DNA of 34,061 bases from a virus (IMGVR_UViG_2734482587_000013); one strand, 5' to 3'. Shown: positions 1-8,025, counted from the stretch's first letter. Notes: a model not told the origin generated them from the letters alone. Made by a program: numbers and translations.

Positions 1-573
1 ATGTTTTGCGAAGAAAAAGTAGCTCAAATGGCTGCATACCTACTTCTTAAGCGAGGTGGGCGCATGGCATATCTGAAATTGATGAAGCTGCTCTATCTGT
101 CTAACCGCAAGTCGATTTTGAAGCATGGCAGGATGATCGGCGAAGATAGCCTTTACTCTATGAAATTTGGTCCAGTCATGTCGAATACGCTGAACTTGAT
201 TCGTGGTAAGGCTGAAGGCATTGGTGACTACTGGTACAACTTGATAGAGACGAACGGGCATGATGTGTTGTTGCGTTCAGATCCGAGGGAAATGGATGCA
301 GACGAGGTCTTTGATGAGTTGAGCCGTGCAGATATCCGGATTTTAGATGAAATCTATTCTCTGTATGGGCATATGAACCGATTTGATCTCGCAAACATGA
401 CGCATTTAGAAAGCGTTTGTCCAGAGTGGCACAATCCTGGCAATTCTCGTAAGCCTATAGACCTGAAAGAAATGCTGATCAGTGAGGGTAAAAGCGAGGA
501 TGAGGCTAATCGTATAATTGGCAAAATGGAAGAATCTCAGAAACTTAAGGAATTTTCTTTGCAATTATCATGA
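1..573 (+). CDS. Panacea (DUF4065)-domain protein, SocA/GepA-like antitoxin-type; ATG is at window position 1 so the true 5' end may lie upstream
   Basis: 190-aa ORF. Segment YLKLMKLLYLSNR...GR..GEDSLYSMKFGPVMSNTLNLIRG resembles the DUF4065/Panacea core as I recall it. Stop overlaps the next ORF start (ATGA). Region is visibly AT-richer than the phage core. Confidence 0.55.
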   Translation: MFCEEKVAQMAAYLLLKRGGRMAYLKLMKLLYLSNRKSILKHGRMIGEDSLYSMKFGPVMSNTLNLIRGKAEGIGDYWYNLIETNGHDVLLRSDPREMDADEVFDELSRADIRILDEIYSLYGHMNRFDLANMTHLESVCPEWHNPGNSRKPIDLKEMLISEGKSEDEANRIIGKMEESQKLKEFSLQLS

Positions 574-989
574 CGGATTATCAGCCATACAGGAAAGGAA
601 CTGTGCTTGCCCCAACTGGGCCATGCAATCATCTTCATGTGATTTGTAATGATCCTGTTTATTACCCCGTTAACGATTGTTATTGTGTTTTAGTTGTTAA
701 TATTTCTAGTATCAAGGATGGTGTCCCCCACGATCCGTCTTGCGTCTTGAATTCTGGTGATCATCGCTTTATCAAGCATCCAAGTTATGTTGTTTACGCT
801 GAAGCTATAATTTGGCGAGTGGATAACATGGTTAGAAAGCAGCGATCGGGTGAGATTTCTGTTCATGATGATATGCCAGAAGCTACATTCAATAGAATTC
901 TGGACGGTTTTGATATATCTGATGAAGTTACGCCAAAGAACCTTAAATTTAAAAATAAATATTGCGTATCATCTATTGATGATGAGTAA
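570..989 (+). CDS. Hypothetical 139-aa protein, translationally coupled to the upstream Panacea-like gene; candidate toxin/effector partner
   Basis: ORF start ATG overlaps the upstream stop by 4 nt (ATGA); same strand; AT-rich codon usage. I recognise no family from the sequence. Confidence 0.45.
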   Translation: MTDYQPYRKGTVLAPTGPCNHLHVICNDPVYYPVNDCYCVLVVNISSIKDGVPHDPSCVLNSGDHRFIKHPSYVVYAEAIIWRVDNMVRKQRSGEISVHDDMPEATFNRILDGFDISDEVTPKNLKFKNKYCVSSIDDE

Positions 990-1028
990 ACAACAGGAAT
1001 TTTTTCGGTATAGCTTCTGGAGTTTTCT

Positions 1029-1202
1029 ATGAAAGATCAAAAAGCAACCAAGCCACAGGTTAAGTTCGACACAATGAAAGCATTCGCAGGTATGGGGGCT
1101 GCTGTTGAAGTTCTGATGAAGGCTGTTCCTAATGCGTTCACTCACGCTACTGTCTCTGGTAAAGAGCAGCAGGGTAAGCTTCGTCGTCGCAAAGCAGCAT
1201 GA
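1029..1202 (+). CDS. Hypothetical small protein (57 aa, basic C-terminus KLRRRKAA); below the ORF-track length cut-off
   Basis: GGAG about 7 nt upstream of ATG at 1029; open frame to TGA at 1200-1202; followed about 20 nt later by an intrinsic terminator. Coordinates counted by hand from the sequence. Confidence 0.35.
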   Translation: MKDQKATKPQVKFDTMKAFAGMGAAVEVLMKAVPNAFTHATVSGKEQQGKLRRRKAA

Positions 1203-1221
1203 TCATAGCTGGTGCTTTTTG

Positions 1222-1248
1222 AAAACCCGCCTTCAGGCGGGTTTTTTC
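1222..1248. terminator. Bidirectional rho-independent terminator between the left-edge + strand module and the minus-strand early operon
   Basis: AAAA-CCCGCC-TTCA-GGCGGG-TTTTTT: GC stem flanked by an A-run and a T-run, so it can terminate on either strand. Confidence 0.7.
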
Positions 1249-1249
1249 T

Positions 1250-1531
1250 TTAGTGATGTTCTTTGCCCTTCTGTTTGACTGTTCTGACCTGTTCCCACTC
1301 GATACGTCCTTCTTCTCGCCTTTTGTCTATGTATTCCGCAAGATCCTGAATATTGATGCAACGTTTTGCTTTTTGTGATGTGCCGATGCGATATGTTGGA
1401 ACGGGCAACTTACAAGCGTTTGCTTTTGCTTCTGCCGTGGCTGGACTCATACCAAAGTACTTTTGGCTAATTGCTGAGAGTTCAATGTTTGGGGTATTGA
1501 ATTCAGCCATCAGTAAAAACAAGGTGTTCAT
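1250..1531 (-). CDS. PrtN-family (pyocin-activator-like) small DNA-binding protein
   Basis: Minus ORF 1250-1558; start chosen at the internal ATG (1531) preceded by GGAGAAAAT. Sequence MAEFNTPNIELSAISQKYFGMSPATAEAKANACKLPVPTYRIG... resembles the PrtN family from memory. Confidence 0.45.
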   Translation of the reverse strand: MNTLFLLMAEFNTPNIELSAISQKYFGMSPATAEAKANACKLPVPTYRIGTSQKAKRCINIQDLAEYIDKRREEGRIEWEQVRTVKQKGKEHH

Positions 1532-1567
1532 AATTTTCTCCATCAAAACCGGCTGCACCCGGGAAAA

Positions 1568-2140
1568 TCATAATTCTGTGCTGGTGGCAGGAATTAATTT
1601 CTGCCAGATAGCGGAAACATATTTTGCCTGATGACGGGCATCAGCTATGGCGTTGTGCCGTTCGCCATCGAAAGGCATGTCCATTTTGGGGTCGAATCCG
1701 ATGGAACGCCCAAGTGTAACGATCGTGCGTACATCGTGGTCATTCCAGTACGCCCACGGGCAGATTTGTCCTGCTCGCTCATAAGCTCCACGTAAAATTA
1801 CGTTGTCGAAGGTGGCTCCGTTACCCCAGACTTTTAAATATTTCGTATTGTCTGCGTGCCGGTTAATGAAATGGTTTAGTTCTGAGAGAGCATCGCTGAT
1901 CGACAAAGTATCATCAATACAGATTGCAGCTCGCGCTTCAGGGCTTTGTTTCAACCACCACAGGATGGTATCGCCGTCAGGTGTAGCTCCTTGCTTCATA
2001 GCACTGTCTAGGCTGACAACCGCATAGAATTCTTGTCCGATGTCTCCGGTTTCTGGAGTGAAGAACACCGCGCCAATGGAAACGATCGGTGCATCCTTAT
2101 TTTTCCCCATCGTCTCAAGGTCGATCATTAAGTTGTTCAT
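1568..2140 (-). CDS. DnaQ-like (DEDD) 3'-5' exonuclease
   Basis: MNNLMIDLETMG (Exo I D-x-E motif) and HNAIADARHQA (Exo III H-x4-D motif) are present. Start at internal ATG 2140 preceded by GGAGG; ATGA overlap with the upstream gene. Confidence 0.7.
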   Translation of the reverse strand: MNNLMIDLETMGKNKDAPIVSIGAVFFTPETGDIGQEFYAVVSLDSAMKQGATPDGDTILWWLKQSPEARAAICIDDTLSISDALSELNHFINRHADNTKYLKVWGNGATFDNVILRGAYERAGQICPWAYWNDHDVRTIVTLGRSIGFDPKMDMPFDGERHNAIADARHQAKYVSAIWQKLIPATSTEL

Positions 2141-2658
2141 CACTTCACCTCCTGCGGCGGTTCTGGTAGAGGCATCCAATTGATTACATCGCATTTAGGG
2201 ATGCTGATATCATCACCAAGCCACCCTTGACCTTCAGACCAGCATTGCACGTAATACCCGTATTCTGTGTTCACTACGCACCACTGCGCGTCGTTCGGCA
2301 TTCGATCACTACAGCTTATCCAACTATCCGGAGTTCCCGGATAGTTGCCATTTACATCGAAGTTTGGCTCTGCGTCCTGAACCAGGAGGATGTAACCATT
2401 CTTGGCAGTATCAAGTTCTAACGCCTCGGTGACGGTGCCGAAATAGCGATTACCTAAATCAGCATCACAAGTGCTTACATCAATGGAAACCTCCATGCCT
2501 TCGATTAATTCTGGCAAGTTGTAAGTTTGGCTTACAGGTTCTGCTCCCAGCGATGCCAGTGCAATCCGTGCCAGTTCCATTTGTTCGCCACGGGTAAGCC
2601 CGTTATCAAGCGGATTTTTAATGAATAATTCGATACGTTCTTTGGTAATAGTGGTCAT
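2140..2658 (-). CDS. DUF551-domain prophage protein
   Basis: 172-aa ORF; Trp-rich C-terminus ...QCWSEGQGWLGDD...INWMPLPEPP typical of DUF551 as I recall it; part of the contiguous minus-strand operon. Confidence 0.5.
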   Translation of the reverse strand: MTTITKERIELFIKNPLDNGLTRGEQMELARIALASLGAEPVSQTYNLPELIEGMEVSIDVSTCDADLGNRYFGTVTEALELDTAKNGYILLVQDAEPNFDVNGNYPGTPDSWISCSDRMPNDAQWCVVNTEYGYYVQCWSEGQGWLGDDISIPKCDVINWMPLPEPPQEVK

Positions 2659-2660
2659 AG

Positions 2661-2852
2661 CTATTTCACCTTAATCTCAACATTTCGCAGCTTTAGCTCT
2701 ACTGGCAGGTCTGACTTTCCTGTTAATGCTAATGCGAGATTTTCTGGGGTAATGAGAGCAGTTATTGCTTTCCCCATTGCCAGACGAATAATTATTCGTA
2801 TTTCGCGATCGTCACATGCTCCTGGTCGAACAATTGATATCTGTCCGTTCAT
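2661..2852 (-). CDS. Hypothetical small prophage protein (63 aa from the internal ATG)
   Basis: Minus ORF 2661-2894; ATG at 2852 lies immediately after the stop of the upstream gene (2854-2856), operon-like packing. Confidence 0.35.
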   Translation of the reverse strand: MNGQISIVRPGACDDREIRIIIRLAMGKAITALITPENLALALTGKSDLPVELKLRNVEIKVK

Positions 2853-2853
2853 C

Positions 2854-3576
2854 TCACTTTCCTTTGATGCGAATGCCAGCGGCACGGGAATCATTCCATC
2901 GCTTTACTTCTTCACGAATTACGTCAATGCATTCTTTCGAATCCATTAGGTAATCTTCATCAAAAAGCCTTTCCTGTTCGTTTTCTATCGCAACAATGAT
3001 TGCTTCAACTAACTTTTGTGCCTGAGAACCACTTTCTAACTCTGCAATGCGCTTCTCTGCGGCTTCCAGCTTCTCGCGCATATCGTCAACGTACTCGACC
3101 AGAGATCCGCCAGCAGGAATTTCGCACTCCTCGACCAGTTGGAAGTAGATATCAGCTGCGGCCCGTGTGTTGCTATGCCTAGCGTCGCCCATCTCACCTT
3201 CACGAAGAGCATCGCGTTCGGCGGTAAGATTGGCTATTTTGCTGTCTTTGCCTTCAAGCTCAACGCGCAGCTTCCCTACCGTTAGCGCAATATCCTCGTT
3301 CTCCTGGTCACGGCGTTTGATGTATTGCTGGTTTCTTTCCCGTTCATCCAGCAGCGCCTGCACTACTTCAGGGTTGAAAGCTGCGATATAACGAGCGTTG
3401 TTCTCTGCGTTGTTCTGTCCATCAAAGCCGGTCCATTTGATAACGTCTTCACATCGTTTATCACCAGGTGTATGCACCGCATATGTACCAGTACCAGACG
3501 AAATAAATGCGACCCATTCACCCTGTGTTGCCAGTTGCGCCGCTTTACGCAGTGCCTGATAGTCAATCTTGCTCAC
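2854..3576 (-). CDS. Ea22-like early-left protein with a coiled-coil central region
   Basis: Minus ORF 2854-3612; preferred start GTG at 3576 preceded by GGAGG with about 6 nt spacing and overlapping the upstream stop (GTGA). Long Glu/Arg/Lys-rich heptad-like segment. Confidence 0.5.
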   Translation of the reverse strand: MSKIDYQALRKAAQLATQGEWVAFISSGTGTYAVHTPGDKRCEDVIKWTGFDGQNNAENNARYIAAFNPEVVQALLDERERNQQYIKRRDQENEDIALTVGKLRVELEGKDSKIANLTAERDALREGEMGDARHSNTRAAADIYFQLVEECEIPAGGSLVEYVDDMREKLEAAEKRIAELESGSQAQKLVEAIIVAIENEQERLFDEDYLMDSKECIDVIREEVKRWNDSRAAGIRIKGK

Positions 3577-3812
3577 TGGTTGCCTCCTTTGCGGATCTGC
3601 GCTGCGATGCACGAAAAAAAAGACTCCCGCGTATGACTGTTAAGAGCTGGCGCGAACGCTGCGTTAAGAACGGCAGCATCACAGCCGTCATCGATATAGA
3701 GCGCAATTTTTTTCTCCAGGCGTGCTTTGGCTTCCTGCAACTGCATACCCCGGCACGCACGTGGGATATACTCAGCAATTTGAGCGATAGATTTTTCGTT
3801 CTGTTTAAACAT
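3573..3812 (-). CDS. Hypothetical small prophage protein (79 aa)
   Basis: ATG preceded by GAGGTGAAGC; tightly packed in the leftward operon. Confidence 0.4.
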   Translation of the reverse strand: MFKQNEKSIAQIAEYIPRACRGMQLQEAKARLEKKIALYIDDGCDAAVLNAAFAPALNSHTRESFFSCIAAQIRKGGNQ

Positions 3813-4008
3813 GCTTCACCTCGATCGGCTTGATGGTATCGATCAGCAGTCGGCGGCGAGTATTTTCTGCAAAGTGGCGGCGTCCGGTTTCTTTGTGGTA
3901 AAACTCGTTTTTTCCGACGACCCACATCCGCTTTGTCTGGTGCAGTTTTTTTACCTGCGGACCGTCTCGGGTGATAACAATTCCTGTATGAGTTTTTATC
4001 ACGCTCAT
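3805..4008 (-). CDS. Hypothetical small prophage protein (67 aa)
   Basis: ORF start overlaps the stop of the upstream yfdS-like gene; same operon. Confidence 0.35.
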   Translation of the reverse strand: MSVIKTHTGIVITRDGPQVKKLHQTKRMWVVGKNEFYHKETGRRHFAENTRRRLLIDTIKPIEVKHV

Positions 4009-4367
4009 TTCTTATTCTCCGGTGCTTTTGGCATTACTGCCCAGTGAGTGATATTGACGTTTTCAAGGTCCCCGACCTGAAATGTCCACTGCCATTCTCC
4101 GGTTTCTTTTTGTCCCCAGGTGTACCAGAGGGAACGCCAGCCAATCAGCCAGCCTTCTCCGTTAGCATCAAATAACAGAACACTTTCATTTGCTGGCGGC
4201 AGTTCAGCTGACACTGGTATTATTTTGTTTTCCAGTGCCGCACATTTAGCTTCAAGCGCGTCGAATTTACGTACCAGGTACTCGGCATTTGTTTCGTTCA
4301 CTTTCAGATCTCGCGGTACACATTTTCCGCGAAGAAACCCTTCCATTTCGAAAACATTCATGCGCAT
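4005..4367 (-). CDS. yfdS: YfdS-like protein (120 aa, DUF551-like C-terminus)
   Basis: 120 aa as I recall for CPS-53 YfdS; Trp-rich motif GWLIGWRSLWYTWGQKETGEWQW; sits downstream of the YfdR/YfdQ/YfdP-like genes in the same order I recall for E. coli K-12 CPS-53. Confidence 0.5.
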   Translation of the reverse strand: MRMNVFEMEGFLRGKCVPRDLKVNETNAEYLVRKFDALEAKCAALENKIIPVSAELPPANESVLLFDANGEGWLIGWRSLWYTWGQKETGEWQWTFQVGDLENVNITHWAVMPKAPENKK

Positions 4368-4894
4368 TTGCGTAACTCCGATAACTCGTTAAAACGTTCC
4401 ATAAACATCCCGTAGGCATGGCCCGGTGCCAGTGGAATCACGTTGAACATCTCTGTTGCCGGGATGCCTTCCAGTACAGGCCAGAAAGAGCCATCATCAA
4501 GCCCGAGATCGCGGCGTTCGGTTGCCAGCATGATGAGATCGGCATATTTCACAGGTGTGCTCATAACCGGGGGTAACCCGTATTTCTCACGGATTACGGC
4601 ATCTATTTTTTCTTCCATCCGTTTATAGTCAGGAAGAAGGCGTTTCAGTGGAGCGGGGATGTCCTGGCAATATGCTTCTGTTGCATCATGCATTAACGCT
4701 TCAAAAGCAAATTCCTGCGGTACCAGCTGGCTGCAAAGCACCGCATGCTGGGCGACACTGTAGAAGTGTGAAAGATGTCCTGCAAAGCGACAGATATTTG
4801 AAAGGGAAACCGCGATATCGTTAATAACGATGTCATCTTTATTTATCTTGTCATAATAAAAATGCTTCCCGGAAAAAGTTTTAATAAATGACAT
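4358..4894 (-). CDS. yfdR: HD-domain phosphohydrolase (YfdR-like)
   Basis: Internal ATG at 4894 preceded by GGAGAA gives 178 aa. H...HD metal-binding signature (HFYSVAQHA ... LMHDATEAY). Confidence 0.6.
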   Translation of the reverse strand: MSFIKTFSGKHFYYDKINKDDIVINDIAVSLSNICRFAGHLSHFYSVAQHAVLCSQLVPQEFAFEALMHDATEAYCQDIPAPLKRLLPDYKRMEEKIDAVIREKYGLPPVMSTPVKYADLIMLATERRDLGLDDGSFWPVLEGIPATEMFNVIPLAPGHAYGMFMERFNELSELRKCA

Positions 4895-4988
4895 TTTGTT
4901 CTCCACGTATATGCGCTGCACCGCGCTGAATTCTGGTAAAAGGAAGCCCTCACCATCCGGTGATTATTGAGTTAATTACGTTTCCATA

Positions 4989-5008
4989 AATGCCCCCGCA
5001 GGGGCATT
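4989..5008 (-). terminator. GC hairpin between the yfdQ-like and yfdR-like genes; weak terminator, attenuator or mRNA stability element
   Basis: ATGCCCC-CGCA-GGGGCAT perfect 7-bp stem; only a short T tract follows on either strand. Confidence 0.3.
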
Positions 5009-5021
5009 TGCAGTAATGAAA

Positions 5022-5846
5022 TCAGGCGGTGAAAGTACCAATAAAGGTTTCTACTTTGCTGTCTTTGAATTTCTCAACAAGCAGATCACGAAATTCGTTA
5101 GCCATTTCTTCCTGCACCGCTTCCAGCTGAATAATGCGCAGAACCAGTACAGGACGATCGCCAGTGATAATGCTGAGGCGTAATTTAAATGGACGTTCTT
5201 CCAGACCTTCAAACGGAACGCATTTAAATTCAAATGCCACTGGCATAATATCTTTGGTCTTCGCTTCGACAGACTCCATCAGGGAGCGTTTGCCGCTGAA
5301 GTCATTATCTTCAAAATCAGCGGTCTGGTTTGCTTCAATCGTGATTTTACGGACAGCCGCAGCCGCTTTTGTTGCCTGAATAGCGTCACCATTAGCATCA
5401 AAGCCTACAAGGTAGTCGGCCCAGTCTTCAATCCATTCTGCCAGTGACTTCTGGGAGTTACGCTCGCCGTTAACAGACAACAGAGCAGAGAACGGTGCTG
5501 TCTTTTTCAGTTTGAGAGTGGCGGTGTTATCTGCGTGACCTGGTTCATCAATAGTACCCAGGTTAAGCACACTGACGGCACGCATATTATCAGCATCGAT
5601 AAAGCAGCGGGTGCCTTCATCTGCAAGATCTTTAGAATAACGGGTAAAGTCATCGATGCTGGCAGTGGAAAGCGCACCACGGAAACGGAAGCGATTTAAA
5701 TTAAATTTTTCCAGATCATGAATGCGGAAGTTCTCAGGCAATGCCACAGCATCGGCACCAATCTTACTGATAATTTCATTAACACCCTGAGCAGAAATAA
5801 GGGCATGGATTTGATTAATTGCGGTTGCGTCTAAGTTCTGAGACAT
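5022..5846 (-). CDS. yfdQ: YfdQ-like protein (DUF2303 family, 274 aa)
   Basis: Length and N-terminus [17 protein letters not shown]... match my recollection of CPS-53 YfdQ; gene order yfdP-yfdQ-yfdR-yfdS is conserved here. Confidence 0.55.
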   Translation of the reverse strand: MSQNLDATAINQIHALISAQGVNEIISKIGADAVALPENFRIHDLEKFNLNRFRFRGALSTASIDDFTRYSKDLADEGTRCFIDADNMRAVSVLNLGTIDEPGHADNTATLKLKKTAPFSALLSVNGERNSQKSLAEWIEDWADYLVGFDANGDAIQATKAAAAVRKITIEANQTADFEDNDFSGKRSLMESVEAKTKDIMPVAFEFKCVPFEGLEERPFKLRLSIITGDRPVLVLRIIQLEAVQEEMANEFRDLLVEKFKDSKVETFIGTFTA

Positions 5847-5911
5847 AATAAGTCCTCACTATATTAAGATATTCAGTGATGAGATAAATAATCAGTTAAT
5901 TAAGAACGATA

Positions 5912-6274
5912 TTAATGACCTGCTGCGCGGAGTTTTCCGTCAGGCTCACCGGCAAGAGTCAGTAATTGTCCCTGGTCTTCCTGCAGAATAGTCAGGCGAC
6001 CACCGCGATTGACATACATCGGCGTTTCGGTGGTGTCTTCTTCGGAAATTTTCCCGCGGTTAGTCGGGCGAACATATGAGAGTTTGTGTTTGATTTTCAC
6101 ACGGTTCTCATCAAACGGTTCGATTTCCAGGTTGAGCGAGACCTTACCTTTGGTTTTCGTGTTCATCACACCGGAAGCGACTTCACTGAGAACTGCGCCG
6201 ATTTTGGTTTCAAATACGCCGCCGTCCAGCTCCCCGATAAATGCCTGCACATCAGTACTGCGTTCGCTAGCCAT
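5912..6274 (-). CDS. yfdP: YfdP-like protein (120 aa from the internal ATG); first gene of the leftward early operon
   Basis: Minus ORF 5912-6487; internal ATG at 6274 is preceded by GAGGAG and gives a 120-aa product MASERSTDVQAF.... The upstream in-frame extension overlaps inverted repeats and lacks an SD. Confidence 0.5.
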   Translation of the reverse strand: MASERSTDVQAFIGELDGGVFETKIGAVLSEVASGVMNTKTKGKVSLNLEIEPFDENRVKIKHKLSYVRPTNRGKISEEDTTETPMYVNRGGRLTILQEDQGQLLTLAGEPDGKLRAAGH

Positions 6275-6321
6275 TTGCTGCTCCTCATCATATCGACCCT
6301 GCAAGGTCGGTTGGTTTCTCC

Positions 6322-6455
6322 ACAAAACAGAGAAGAACACCTGCGGTGCAGCCGCCCGGATGGATTGGGTTATGAGCCCGTCGTCCGGTGATGCTCTTCT
6401 CTGTTTTGTAAAAAGAGCGGTACCAGCCGGAAGCAAGTGTACAAACTGGTACCGC
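6322..6455. repeat. Two adjacent perfect inverted repeats in the 5' leader of the leftward early operon: IR1 15-bp arms (6322-6336 / 6395-6409, 58-nt loop); IR2 10-bp arms each containing GGTACC (6417-6426 / 6446-6455, 19-nt loop)
   Basis: Read directly: ACAAAACAGAGAAGA ... TCTTCTCTGTTTTGT and GCGGTACCAG ... CTGGTACCGC. On the minus-strand RNA a boxA-like CGCUCUUUUUA lies between IR2 and IR1. Function unknown. Confidence 0.7.
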
Positions 6456-6859
6456 CAAAGCAGTGGCTGTTGTGGTGGGGTTGTCACTCAGGCGTATGGT
6501 CAACCTGACAATCCGGTGTCCTCAACGGGGAAAGAGTAACCCCGCCATACTTACCGCCGCGCCATTTCGCGGATTACCACAACGCTGAGAGCACTTAGCC
6601 AGTTACGGCACCACACTTTGTCGCGGTTCCATAAATGCCATCATCGTTGCACCCTGGTCTCTTCCCAGGCGTCAAACCGAATCGCCACGCTGGTTAGGCG
6701 TCTTATCAGCATCCTCATTGACTTGCACATTCCGGCTACCTGGTTTGTTTGCCCGAGCAAGGAGTGGATTGTCCCCTTTAACGTCCCCAGACCGCTAACG
6801 ACGCATGTGCCATACGCCGTGTTACAACCAAATTTTGTCAGGACCTTGTTTGTTGGTCT

Positions 6860-6930
6860 GGAAAGAAAGATAAAATGAAATTGCGTAACGTGCAAGTATT
6901 TTATTGCGAGACATGCAATAGCGTGAGTAA
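6860..6930 (-). promoter_or_regulatory. Candidate leftward early promoter/operator region (pL/oL analogue)
   Basis: Two TTGC-N7-GCAA dyad sites (6881-6895 TTGCGTAACGTGCAA; 6904-6918 TTGCGAGACATGCAA) with the same pattern as a site in the cI-cro intergenic region; sigma70-like hexamers on the minus strand are only moderate matches. Confidence 0.3.
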
Positions 6931-6953
6931 TGAAAAGCCACCTTCTGGTGGCT
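6928..6953 (-). terminator. Rho-independent terminator downstream of the CI-like repressor gene
   Basis: On the minus strand: AGCCACC-AGAA-GGTGGCT followed by TTTTCATT; about 20 nt beyond the repressor stop codon. Confidence 0.6.
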
Positions 6954-6974
6954 AATTGATGTTGAGGTAGGGGG

Positions 6975-7667
6975 TTAATTGTGTCGCTTAAGGGTTTGTG
7001 ACTGACTGATTAAGACCTTTCCAAAGACCATAAACCGGTGTTCGTTTTCGCTGGTAATTCCCCATTCGCGGTAAATCTGATTATCAGAAATTACCAGCAG
7101 TTTATCAGGTATCATTTGCAGTCGTTTGACGTAAATTTTATCATCAAAACCAAATACATATATACCATCCCCATCAAACTGATTGATACTGATATCAACG
7201 AAGATGAGATCTCCTGGCTCAATGGTTGGACACATACTGTCCCCACGAACGTTGATAACTTTAATGTGATTTGCTGGTCGTCCACCAAACATCGATACAG
7301 CATTATCAGTTCTGTATTCAATGGCATGAATCACATCAATGACATCACCGCCCTGGATAAGGCCATTTCCCGCACTGGCACTGACATCCAGCATTTCAAT
7401 ACGGAATACATCCTTCACCTGCGCAACATCCTCACTAATACTGTTTTTACATACAGTATTACTTTTGAGGTCTGAGGTAAAGAGATCAGCAATATCAACA
7501 CCTAAGCTCCTGGCAATATTACTCAGGGCTTGTTCAGTGAATTGTTTCTGCTTACCTGTTTCGAGGCGCGAGATATTCGCCGCATCCACTCCTATTGCTT
7601 CAGCGAGATCGGCGATTTTCATGTTCTTCGCCTGGCGAAGTTGTCTGACTCGATTTCCTATGTTCAT
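6975..7667 (-). CDS. CI-like immunity repressor (N-terminal XRE-type HTH plus C-terminal S24 LexA-like autopeptidase domain)
   Basis: HTH segment IADLAEAIGVDAANISRLETGK; S24 catalytic Ser/Lys context (VRGDSMCPTI ... IYVKRLQ). No SD before the ATG, consistent with a leaderless pRM-type mRNA as in lambda cI. Confidence 0.8.
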   Translation of the reverse strand: MNIGNRVRQLRQAKNMKIADLAEAIGVDAANISRLETGKQKQFTEQALSNIARSLGVDIADLFTSDLKSNTVCKNSISEDVAQVKDVFRIEMLDVSASAGNGLIQGGDVIDVIHAIEYRTDNAVSMFGGRPANHIKVINVRGDSMCPTIEPGDLIFVDISINQFDGDGIYVFGFDDKIYVKRLQMIPDKLLVISDNQIYREWGITSENEHRFMVFGKVLISQSQTLKRHN

Positions 7668-7764
7668 GCGTTTATTACATTTCTTTATTGCGCGTTAAGC
7701 AAATCAACTTGCGCAAAATATTTGCGTGAAATAATATGCTCATCACGCAATATGTGGAGGTTAT
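7668..7764. promoter_or_regulatory. Divergent immunity control region (pRM/pR analogue with operator-like dyads)
   Basis: TTGCGCGTTAAGCAA (7688-7702, TTGC-N7-GCAA) and palindrome CGCAAA-ATA-TTTGCG (7712-7726). Rightward TTGCGC-17-TAATAT hexamers upstream of cro. Leftward TTGCTT-17-TGTAAT ending about 6 nt before the cI ATG. Confidence 0.45.
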
Positions 7765-8025
7765 ATGCAATCACCATTACGGAATGTGCGTAAGGCGCAC
7801 GGATTTACTTTGCAGCATGTTGCTGCGGGCGTTCAGGTCAATCCAGCGACGCTGAGTCGTATTGAAAGACTGGAACAAATTCCATCTATCGATCTTGCAG
7901 AACGTCTGGCCAATTTTTTTAAGGGTGAAATCAGCGAAATGCAGATTCTTTATCCGGCACGTTTTCAATCTAGCCAAAACCAGAATGGGTTTAAACCACA
8001 GGAACAGGAGGTAAGCCGTGGGTAA
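7765..8025 (+). CDS. Cro-like XRE-family HTH regulator
   Basis: HTH FTLQHVAAGVQVNPATLSRIERLEQIPS; GGAGG 4 nt upstream of ATG; divergent from the CI-like gene. Confidence 0.65.
   Translation: MQSPLRNVRKAHGFTLQHVAAGVQVNPATLSRIERLEQIPSIDLAERLANFFKGEISEMQILYPARFQSSQNQNGFKPQEQEVSRG

Noticed and set aside
6009-6539. 176-aa + strand ORF overlapping the yfdP-like gene
   Set aside because: Antisense to a well-supported gene in a tightly packed minus-strand operon; no SD; runs through the inverted-repeat region; low-complexity Ser/Cys-rich translation.
6641-6895. 84-aa minus-strand ORF in the early-left leader, considered as a possible N-like antiterminator because of its Arg-rich C-terminus
   Set aside because: No SD at any candidate start; N-terminal part overlaps the candidate pL/operator sites; composition is not protein-like; N proteins carry their Arg-rich motif at the N-terminus, not the C-terminus.
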